Assembly: GCF_902459465.1 (NCBI RefSeq)
Contig: NC_047073.1
Location: 310,001 to 374,000 of the forward strand
DNA length: 64,000 nucleotides
Source of the DNA: Asterias rubens
Taxonomy: Eukaryota
Reading direction: 5' to 3'
Every line of letters starts with the position of its first letter. Positions within the stretch are counted from its first letter, which is position 1. Positions 42,101 through 54,100 of this stretch are shown in pieces. The notes beneath the pieces were generated by a model. It saw only the letters and a list, made by a program, of their open reading frames with translations. It ran no database searches and had not been told where the DNA came from. The position numbers and the translations under genes are program-made.

Positions 42101-45100
42101 CTAGAGTGTCACTTGGGCAAATTGGAACGAAAGGGACAAGTGCTAAGTACAGAGGTCATACAGACATTATAACTGTTGTAGCTAGTTAACATTACAGTGA
42201 ATGTGGCATGGTTGGCTTGTGCATAAAGCGCTCACTTCGCACCAAGGTGCCCCGGTTTGATACCCGGCCAGGGCCATATGTGAGTTGAGTTGCGCGTTGG
42301 TTCTCTGCTGTGCTATAAGGGTTTTCCAGACCATCCAGTTTTCCTCCCTCAGGAAAAATCAAACACTTTCGATCTTTGGCTTTCGATCCTATTAGTCATT
42401 ATGGGTTAATATGGCTGGCAGCCAAAGGCGCCCTTGAATGCCAGCTTCTCAAACACTTTGTAGCCGCATCCTTCGCAATTCAGCTCTTAGCTGAGAGTAA
42501 GGATGATAAGCCCCCCAAATTATTAAATACTTAGTTGCATTAATTTGATCTTGTGCCCATGGTACACACTGGTAGAATTTATTTTTATTTTTATAGAGAT
42601 AATATTAATAATATCATTTGTTTGTTTACCCTTACACCAATAGGCCTAGTATCTCATTACTAGAAAAACAAACTTCATCAGTTTTCAAACTGGATGGAGC
42701 CAGATTTCGAGCAATATTGTGATTTGAGCAACTTCGGTCATGAAAGGTCACATTTCTGCAATTTCATTGTACAATTTTATTGGTTTGTGTAGGCTGTATG
42801 TATCTTCGCACCAGCAAAAAAGATTTGGTTGAATCATAGAGCTATATAAAGCTCTATTGGTTTTTAAAATACAATTATTACATCTATTGATCTAAATTGT
42901 TGTGATTCCATTATCTGCTGCTAATTAAACAATTTGACTTTGCCTCCCTTCACTGGGCAATCTGAGTAAGTAGTGGTTGATAGAACATCAGATTGGCTCA
43001 GCAGTTGATTTCTCTGTCTTTCACCTTTGTGAAATCCGGTTCGTATCCCACCTCGGACCAGAGCCTTAGCGTGTAGACTGGGTTTTCAGTTCCTACCTGA
43101 TCGCGTGCGTTTTACAAGAAAATCTTTAACTAAACATTTCTTGTCATTTCCTCACCTTCCTGTTATTGACTCTTGTGCTGTTGGGTGTGTAAGTAAATAA
43201 AGAAATAACTAGTTTTGCTCAGCCATTAATACTAATGATGTACCCAGTCATGTCAGTATGCACCTCATAATTTGGCAAACAAACTATAATTGAATTCTAA
43301 GCCTACAACCTGCACCAGTGACTAATTATGGTACATGTATTTTATCCTTCATTGATGCTGTAATAGACCGATCCAGAAGGCTCCGCCCACGACGCACGTG
43401 TGAACAAGAACTAGTGGGGTTCTCCAATGCCTTTCTGCACAACTTTATCGCGCGCGCCAAGATACGCGCTCGCATGTCGGACCTTATTTGTCGGATCTTC
43501 GTTGCGTTGTGATTGGTCAATACGCAATGGGTCGGAGCTTAATGGATCGGTCCATTTTGTTTCATTCAAAGAGCAAATTCTAAAATGAACAACAGGACAA
43601 ACATGTTTTTGCCAGTTAATGTACAGCATTGTATTTTGAAGCGTAAATCCAAACCCAACCCTCTAGTTTTCAATAACAAAACAAAAGGCACACCTTGTAT
43701 AAAATTTTATCAATCTTAATGATCAAGTTGTATGAATAGACTAGTATAAAGTTTCAAGGGTGTTACTTTGACTTAGAAGACCTGACCTTTGAACCTTTCA
43801 CGGGGTAAAAGTACAAGCTGCCACTTTCTCAATCTTAGATAAACATTGGTGTGACATACATCTTAAAGGAAAAATAGGCTATAGAATTGGTTTTTGCCAA
43901 CAAAACAGTTGCTGGCAGAAGCACTTATCAAAACCCATTACATAAACTGACAAACCTGTCAAAGTTTGAGATCGATCGACCTTCTGGGTCACAAGAAAAA
44001 TAATGAAAACCTACACATTTTGCATGACTTTGATTCATGTTTAAAATGAATAAAATGCTCACTAAGCGATAAACTCGAAACTGGAAGACAGTTTCATTTA
44101 CCTCTCATCAAATATGAGATATCAGACAGAAATATTTCAAGGGATGTTTTCTTTTATCATCATCATTAGACCGTGTAAGTTCTATATAAATCTGTGATCT
44201 TAGACAAGTTTTTTTTTGTTACGATTCTGTAATGTTCCTTCAGTAGTGGTTTCTTATACTTGTACAATACATTTTACCTGACACATTTTTCTTTTCTTGC
44301 TTTTATTTTCAGCTGGACTTGTGGACTTCACATGCTTTAACAGATTCCCAGTGCTTTTAAGTTCTGCAAATAATGATCAATTTATTGGTGGCTACAAAGG
44401 GAACGAGGTAGTTAATGCTGATGTTACATTTGGAAGGACAATTAGAACAGGCACTGGTGGCGACCTACCACAATCATCATGTGCCTGTGCATATGTTCAG
44501 CAATATTTAAAGTACACAAGACAATATATGAAATGTCCAAGTGGCAGCTGCTCATGTGCTGATAGTCTTGGTGGTACTACAGATTGTCTTTATAGAATCG
44601 GTGCTTTCTACTGTGAGATACAAGTTGGGACAACAACTGAAATGATAACAACAATAACTCTGAATGCGGAGGGTAAGTATGTGACAATTGTCAAAATTTG
44701 CATAGTATTTTACAGGCCTGGAATTTCATCTTTGAAAAAGCAATTTGCCATTTTCATTTTGCAAGGGGCACTTCTATTTGAAAATCTTAAAGTCAATGGG
44801 AAACTTTAAATGAGGCATACCAGCATACCAGCAATTGAACCATATTGTTTATCAATTGCTGCAATTACAATAGACCTAAACTGGTTCATCAGTCATTGTT
44901 TTCACTAAAACTTGACTTCTGAAAACACTCAAATTTTTCACATGTAGGTTGCAGCTTGTATGGTGTGTTTGTTTAAAAACCAAGGGATGAGATTATAAAT
45001 TTTTACTCTTTAAAAAAAACAAACTTATAAGACTCGCTATAGTTCCTCATTCCATAAATATCTCATGCTGTGAAATTATGATCCCACACCAACAATTGAA

Positions 45101-48100
45101 CCAATATCAGAGACACACCATACATTCAACGCTGACCCTGGCATTCTTGTTAACACTTATTGAGATCTTGTTTCATTTCCTGAGTCGTTATAAACAGGAA
45201 TCCAATCCCCAATCAATTTCTTTAATAAAAAAGAAAGCACAGGTCTTAGTACTAAATCATAGAACAATACACTTTTAAAACACGAAATGTTAACTTAAAC
45301 AAACGTTTTGGTTTCATTTTAGAAAGTAGATTTCATCAAACCAAAAACATATAGGTCCTATATCCGGGATGTGTCCGGTTTTCCTGTGGAATTTTGTTTT
45401 CAGATTTGTAAATAGGAATTCTGGTCTGATGGTTTATGAGTCAGTTTCTGGATCAATTTCACAGTGAGTTGGTGAACTTGCCAATTCAGCAATCATCAGA
45501 AATCACATCATTGCGACCCTTCCATGGCAAGAAAACAACCCTAAAAATATGACATCTTGAGAAAACAATTGCAGAGATTTTAGCTGTTTGGCCATAAAAC
45601 GAGATGATATGACATACTCAAATCCATTTGTACATGTAGTATGCCTTTGAAACTTGAAAATGGAAAAAATGACATAAATTTACCCATGAATGTGATCTAT
45701 TAAGATTAAGAAAACAAAACATTTTTGGGTTAGGTTGTTTTGCCATAGTAGGGCCGATTGGCTCATGCATACTGACATCAACCATCGAGCCACTCAACTA
45801 AGGGTCCCCCATAGTGGCCGATTGGCTCATGCATACTGACATCAACCATCGAGCCACTCAACTAAGGGTGCGTTCGTTTAGCTTCCCTGGGTCGACCCGG
45901 TGTGTGGCAGTGTTTTTTTTCCAGGACGAACGTAGGTAATTATCTGCACACGTTCGTCCTGGAAAAAGAAAACGCCACACACCGGGGTTGACCCGGGGAA
46001 GCTAATCGAACGCACCCTAAGGAGGCCTCAGGATTGTTTTGAAATTGATAAAAAAAATGTCTGTTCATATTGTTGAATTTGCATCGGGGATAAAGAATTA
46101 ATTTGGTTTTACCCTCACACCGATGTGTGTTAGCACTGTATACTCGTAACTTGCCCCGAGTTCTGTGGTACCTGCTGCTAAAATATAGTATTCAAACTGC
46201 CTCTAGCTACTGGGAAATCTCTGTGGTCTAGATGTAAGACACTGCTCTAGAATTACAAAGGTGGTGGGTTTGAATCCCACCTGATGCCTTTTCACACCAA
46301 TGTTTATTTGTTTGTTTCACCTGCCTAGCTACCATTGTACCTGAGCGACAGACAATCACAGTTAACTTAGGAGAACCTGTCACGTTTAGCCTAAGCTTCC
46401 CATCAGGAGATATCTCAACGCTGCGATGGAGACGGTCAACAGATTTCATACACGCTTGGGACGATAACCCATCTCCCTCTATCAGTGCAGTGACAGAAGA
46501 GGATGCTGGAGTTTATGAATGCCATGAAGGTGGTAAAAGGGGTGAAGGAGTCCATGCTATTCTACGGCTTATTGTTAGAGGTGGGTTTGTTATATTTCAA
46601 TTTTCTCAGTAAAATTTGAACTAAAGTGATGGTCCTCTTTACTGTTTATGTGAAAACTCATTCTTATTAAAGAATGAATCTTAATTTCATATTTCTCGTA
46701 ATCAATTCCTTATATGTATATATGCAAATGTAAAACCTCTTTTGACAAAATCAAAACACATTTTGCTTTTCATGTATCTAATTTCAGATCATGACATTTG
46801 TTGGTTGAGCACTGAGACACTCTTGTGTTGAAACGCCTTTTGATTTTGCTTGGTCACATTTATACTTGTTCAGTACATTGTTTTGTTTCTAGGATGTGCA
46901 AGTGGTCGTTGGGGGCCAAGCTGCTGGTCTGTTTGCCCAGTTTGTTACAATGGCGGTATGTGTGACACTGAATCAGGTCAGTGCATATGTGCACCAGGCT
47001 TTCATGGATCATATTGTCATATTGGTAAGTACAACCTATCTAGGCCCAATTGCATGGGGCTCTGCATCGCTGAATTCTGCGCTTACGATCAGCTTTCTCT
47101 GCTAAATTTTTAATCAAATATGTAATCAAATAATGCCTAGTAAAGAAGAGTTTACACATGCTCAAGCAAAAACACCCTGCTAACCTGTGAAATACGCTTG
47201 GCGTAAGCGAGTAATTCCCGTTTTTCGTAAGTGCCAATTCTTTGCCTACTCTAAACAGAGCCATGAAATTGAGTCCTGCATCTCAGTATTGTAGCTGTGC
47301 ATTGTATTCATGGCCAACTGAGTTAAATTGAGTCCTGCATCTCAGTATTGTAGCTGTGCATTGTATTCATGGCCAACTGAGTTAAATTGAGTCCTGCATC
47401 TCAGTATTGTAGCTGTGCATTGTATTCATGGCCAACTGAGTTAAATTGAGTCCTGCATCTCAGTATTGTAGCTGTGCATTGTATTCATGGCCAACTGAGT
47501 TAAATTGAGTCCTGCATCTCAGTATTGTAGCTGTGCATTGTATTCATGGCCAAATGAGTTAAATTGAGTCCTGCATCTCAGTATTGTAGCTGTGCATTGT
47601 ATTCATGGCCAACTGAGTTAAATTGAGTCCTGCATCTCAGTATTGTAGCTGTGCATTGTATTCATGGCCAACTGAGTTAAATTTTGGAAAAACAATGAAT
47701 GGTGAATAAATTCCAACTATTGAACAAACTGTGCAGTTGGTAGAGCTTCATTAACCAGAGGACCTTGGGTCAAGTCCTCCTCATTTTTCTTTCTTCAATC
47801 CGACTCATTAACAAAATTACCAAGTCAGTTTGGCTTGTGGTTCATGACTTAATATTTCAGTATTTTAAGCCCAAGGTTTGCTTGTTGGCTTCTTTTCAGA
47901 GTTTAGTCTTGCCCATTGCTTTTGAATATTTTTTGCATTGTGCTTGTAGATAGTGATTTGATGCCTTTTAGGAAATCTTCAGGCTTGGTTTGCTGTAAAC
48001 TTGAATTTCTGTATCTAAAAAAGTAACATAAAATGAACAACTGTTTGTTTACTTTACAGCTGCTGGAAGTAATAGATGGGGGCTTAATGCAACCAGTTTA

Positions 48101-51100
48101 TGTAGTAGTCGAGAAGATCGCCATGGACACGTCTGCAGGGGAAACCTCCTCTGCCTTCAAGATCCATTTGGCTGCGCTTGTGCCGCAGGATTCAAGGGAA
48201 TTGACTGCACAGATAGTAAGATGGATTTTATCTTTAACTGTGTGGATATAAGAGAATATTAAGTGTTGCAAAAATAAATGTTGACATGCAAACTTCTTGT
48301 GCCGGCTCATTATACAGGGTACTTTGTTTATAAATTCTTTCTGTGTTCAAAATTATGTGTATTTTGTTGTTTGAAAGACACTTGACCCTTAAAGATTATA
48401 GGATCAGATACATTTTAAAACTTCAAAAACCTGTAGTTAACTGCAGTCCAATGCTGACACGCTACTTGTAATACCATTAATGTGCATGTACATAATACCT
48501 TCACATGTCCAAAGTACCAAAAGAAGAAAACAATGGGGCCCAATTTCATAAAGCTGTTATATGCAGAAAATTCTGCTAAGCAAGTTTCTTAGCTAAGCAA
48601 GAAATTACTGGGGTGCCGGTCACAGCAATTGTACACATGTAACTGTAAGGTGTTCTTGCTGGTAACCAATTTTTCATGAGCAAAGGTTTGTTGTGCTTAG
48701 CAAGTTTTGTGCTTACAGGTTTTGTTATGCATTTGTGCCAGGTCTCAGAACCTGGGGTCGATTTCACAAAGAAGAGTCCTAACTTAATAGGACCAGTCCT
48801 ATGAGTTAGAACCAGTAACTCGTCATCCTAACTTGAGATTAGACTAGTCTTTACTCTTTGTAAAAATCCAGCCCTATCATAGAAGGGGAGGGTGCAGATG
48901 GACGATTTCTGAAAACAGGGATGACACTTCCAATTCTTTGAGTGCTCCTCTTGCAATGTGGACATAGGCACATTGTATGTTTCCTTAACATTGTAAAAAA
49001 AATGGACAATTCTACTCGAAAATGTGTGAGTCACTATGAAAAGGTCAGGCATTACTCTCATTAACTTTGAATGATTATGTACTTGCATCTAGGCTGTCCA
49101 CCAAACACATTCGGGTCATACTGCAGCCAGACATGCCACTGTGCCACTGGCATTGCTTGCCTTACGGACACCGGTGAATGTAATGATTCATCGTGCAATG
49201 CAGACTTCTGTCCACAACAATGTGCAATAGGATGGAAGGGAAGCAACTGTCAAGGTAAAACCACAGGCATACCCGATTTAAATGACAATGCAAAAATCAG
49301 ACATCAAAACGAAAAAGTTTTTTTTTAAATATTGTCGTTAAGCCTGGACGATATCAACAATTTTGACTGGCGATAAATTGTTGGGTAAATATTGTCGATA
49401 TGAAGATATATCGCCAAGATTTTTAAAATTGAAAGTTCCAAAAGAATGAGATAATGGCTCAAATGAATGCAGAAAAACAGTTTCACTGCAGGGAGGAAAT
49501 CACTTTAATGAGCCAAACAAACAAAACATGATTGAAAACAAAAAATTAATCCTTTGTTTTTTTAATATCAATATGCTGATAATCAAAGTGAATTATTATT
49601 TGTTCACACAGTTTTGTATTTTTGTTTGTGTGGTTTTGTTTGTTTAGTACCAATGCCATGCCCAGTTGGTTTCTATGGTGAAATCTGTGCACAAGTATGT
49701 AATTGCTTTGGCAACGAACAATGTGATGATGCTACAGGAGAATGTGCAAATGGTTGCCAAGAGGGCTTCATTGGGTTAACTTGTGTTGAAGGTAAATCTT
49801 TTAAATTCTTCCTTGTAGTCATGTTTCCTGTATAGTTAAAGACACTAAACACTATTGGTAATTGTTAAAGACCAGTCTTCTCACTTGGTGTATCTCAACA
49901 TGCATAAAGTAACAAACCTGTGAAATGAGCTCAATTGGTTGTCGAAGTTGGGAGATAATAATGATAGAAAAACGACTCTTGCCAAAAGGAGTTGAATGTT
50001 TTCAGATGCTTGATTTCGAGACCTAAAAATGTAATTCTGAGGTCTCGAAATCAAATTTGTGGAAAATTTATTCTTTCTCGAAAACTCTGTTACTACAGAG
50101 GGAGCCGTTTCTCACAATGTGTTATACTATCAACCTCTCCCCATTACTCGTTACCAATAGTGTCCACTGCCTTTAATAATAACAATGACTGACTCTACAC
50201 TGAATCCTCTGAATCCATAATAATAGGCCCAACTCTCACATATTTAAGAGATGTTAAATTTGCATTGGGGATAAAGAATATTAATTTTGGTTTTTACCCA
50301 TACACCGATGTGTGTGAGCACTGTATACTCAGTACTTTCCCGAGTCCTGTGAAAAAAAATATTAAAAAAAATATCACAGGCATGTTACTCGGGTGGGATT
50401 CGAACCCACGACCCTTGCCATTCTAGAGCAGTGTCTTACCAACTAGACTACCGAGGTTGCCCGGTAGCTAGAGGCAGTTCAAATCCTATGTTTTGGCAGC
50501 GGGTACCGTTAAATTAATATTCTTTATCCCCGATGCAAATTTAACATCTCTTATATCGTTGCGGTACCCGCTGCCAAAACATAGGATTCTAACTGCCTCT
50601 AGCTACTGGGCAACCTCGGTAGTCTAGTTGGTAAGACACTGCTCTAGAATTGCAAGGGTCGTGGGTTCGAATCCCACCCGAGTAACATGCCTGTGATATT
50701 TGTTCACAGGACTCGGTAAAGTACTGAGTATACAGTGCTAACACACATCGGTGTATGGGTAAAAACCAAAATTAATATTCTCACATATTTATTCAGTCTC
50801 CTGACGATGACTAGAGCAAGCTAGTTGAAACGTTGAGTCTCATTTGTATCAGTTTTATTACGGTAGTCGTTGTTTACTATAAGTTTTTACTCTTTTATCA
50901 TTCAACTTTTTGACATTAACTTTTAAATTGTCCCTGTGAGATTTTTTGTGGTGCACTTAAAACTACAAATGCTTAGATTAGATTAGACCAATTAAGAACT
51001 CACTTCGCGGTAGTGAAGTAATCATGATTCACTATTAGTATACTATAAGCTAAAGTAGTAGTTGCATCCAATTTTCGACCTTACGCCCAGGTAGTAGTTA

Positions 51101-54100
51101 AAAAAGCAGGATGGTTCTTTTCAGAATTGAGATGTCTCCCTTTTCAATCTTTTTGACAAACTCACCAGTTACTACTAATTGTTGAGTTATAAATGTATTG
51201 TTTTCGTTTGTTTTGTCTAATTAAAGATGGGACAAGAGCTATAACTGACCTCCGTCAGATGTACAAACTAAATGAAAGGCAACCTGTAACCATCACATGT
51301 GAGGCAGTTGGAAATCCGCTTCCAGATCCTTCTCATATCGTACTATTTGGCACCGATAATACACAGATTTTACATGCAAGAACCAGAATCTTTGACAACT
51401 TGAATTCCTACAAGAGGACCAACGAGTTTGAAGTGGATGGAACAATGGCAACACAGGGAGCATTGTTTACTTGTTCTGTGTTCTCTGGAACTGACGTCGA
51501 CCCTGTTCACAGCCAAACACTCTCGCTGGAAGTTTACCGTAAGTTTAATTAAACTTCAGGGCCAAATTTCATAGAGCTTAAATTTCTTCCTTGACAAAAA
51601 CAGGATTATTAACCAAAACTTCCTCTTGTTGCGTTGCTTGTTACTGGGTATTAGCTGTTGTTTGCTTGTCCTGAACATCACGTGGAAATTTGGTTGGTAA
51701 TCCCGTTTTTATCAAGGCAAAAATTTCATGCTTAAGCAAATTTCTGTGCTTAGCAGCTCTATGAGGTTGGGCCCAGATCCCCTTACCATTGATCAATATT
51801 GTATTTTATCGTGTGACTCGCTTGGATTATATTCTAGTTGATTTCCAAAAAATGTTCTTGCTCTGAACTCCATGTAGTTGAGATTTGTTTAATTTTCCAA
51901 AGGGACTCAATAAACCCTGTTCTTATTGGTCAAATTTGATGGCTTTACTTACTGCGTACTACTGCCCTTATGGTACTCTTCTTCTTGTGTCCATGCCACT
52001 CAAGTGATACCCTCCAGTATAATGGACACACTGAAGTGTAGTGTCCATACACTCAGCTAGAAACCATTTTCTTAGAGCTGCTTAGAATTACGCTGACCAA
52101 ATTCCTGCTAAGCCAAACAAGCAGGATACCAATCACAGACTGTACTTATGACACTGTAATTTGGCTGGTAACCTTATTCCGGTGAGCATATTTTTGTTCT
52201 TGTGCTTAAAAAAGTAGCTCTATGAAATTGGGCCTGTTGTCTTCTGGTGTTTACTGTTTGAGAATACTGTAGGTGAGGTATGGCGTGTCATGGCTGAGCT
52301 GTTTAGAGCACCAGGCTCAAGCTCTGGTATCCCTGATCAGCAGTGTTGGTTTGAGTCACGGATTGTTGCACTTGTGTTCCTGATGTCCCTTTGAATGGGA
52401 CATTAAGTTGTGGGTCCTTGGTAAAAAAAACAAGAAGTCTTAGGAAGAGTTGGGGATTAACACCGGTGTTTCTGGTTAAGTTGACCTATGAGGCATTCTT
52501 GGTTTTATTACCACAAGCTAATGATAATAAATAATTATGATAAAAGTCTTGCATGTACTTGAACTTACTAATTTTCAACTGTTTCCTTCACGCTGTACAA
52601 GGAATTTAATGTGTGAATCATTGATTTACCAAAGTGTTCCAAAAGATGCTATACAAAATAAATGGTTCTGTTGTTCATCTTCTAGGTCTACCATATCTCA
52701 CATCAGCTCCTACAGTTGATGCAAGTTTTGGAGATCCAAACCAGGTATCAATTTCTTGGGACCCCTGGTCATCAGACAGCGGTAATGGTGAAGGACCAGT
52801 TGATCGATACATAGTGTATTATCGATATGCGAGTGATGTGGATGCAGCCTATATTTTCAGTGAATCTGCTGGGACGAGTAATTCTCTGGTCATAAATGGG
52901 CTGAACATCGACACAGAATATGATTTTGTTGTCGTCGTTGCTAGGGCTGGAGTTGGGGGAGCTGGACGCCCAAGCTCCAAGACCACTGTTAGGACCGAAT
53001 GTGGAAGTAAGAATTTTAATTTAGAAATTGATGAAATGATAGTTACTGAATTTATAATAATTGGCGGTCATAGGGGCATTTACAATTTGTGGGTGAAAAT
53101 TGAGAATTGGTAGTTTATCTTAAATTTACCACGAGACTAACCTCTTAAAACCTGGATATGTTAGCTGGAAGAAGACCTCAAGTCTTGGCTCGGCAGCTGT
53201 GGCAATCTGTATCACATTGCATGGTTGGGCGGCTCTACGACCCCCATGATAGATACCGCAGAGCATGACGTTGTCTTTAAGTGAAATGTTGCGCTGGATC
53301 GGGTGAGTTGAACTATGAAAAGTGTTTATGTTTGGAAAGATGTTTGGAAAGATGTTTTAAAATTAGAATATAATGATCCACATAAAAATGCCTCGAAAGT
53401 GTGTGGTTTTCCTTATTTGTTGTAAGCTAACACGACACGCCATTTTGTGTTGACTCCACAAAATGGCTGACCACGTTAGTTTGCAATATAAAAGGAAAAA
53501 CACACAATTTCGAGGCATATTTGTGAAGATCTTTCCAACCATTGGGATTTTATAAAAAAACAGGTTCAAACGCTTTTCGTAGACCAACTCGTCCCTTTAA
53601 ATAGTGGCTAGTAAGTAAATATTAAATTTAATACCAATATCTGATATATGTCTTTTTTAATTAAGAAAGTCTTTGTAAAGACTCATCATGTTGACAGTCT
53701 TTCAATTTCCTTGACATAGAGATCAATTTCAAAATCAATAGAAGTATCATTAAATTAGCCGTGTAATTATTGAATTTTCTGCTTATTTTGTACATCCTAA
53801 TCAAACCTTAAGTTGAATAATCAAACCGCTGTCAAATTTAAATGAACCATATTCTTTTTGCTGAAGTGACTAACAAACCCAACCTTTGATTTTATAATTG
53901 AGCAGCTCCTTCTACTGGTGCAGCAATATCTTTATCAACCTTAAGTGGTACAGAACTTCAGCTGAATTGGCAGGTAGGTTTAAGACGGGTCTCGGCCCAA
54001 TTTCATTAAGCTGTTTTGCAGAAAATACTGTAATCAAACTACTTTGCTTAGCAAAAATGAGTTGGGCACCAACCAGTGGCCACAATTGTAAACTTAATGA

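Noticed and set aside
46811-46840. CTGAGACAC...GTGTTGAAACG as a third hammerhead (also TGATGAG...CGAAAC near 5598-5630)
   Set aside because: The core lacks N7 or C3, and helix I/III or helix II pairing is absent.
50613-50684. Functional tRNA-Ser(AGA) gene, likewise the copies near 18735-18806 and 50386-50457 and the tRNA-Asn-like 54611
   Set aside because: They are embedded in dispersed repeats, acceptor and anticodon stems are imperfect, and the long variable arm required of tRNA-Ser is missing.
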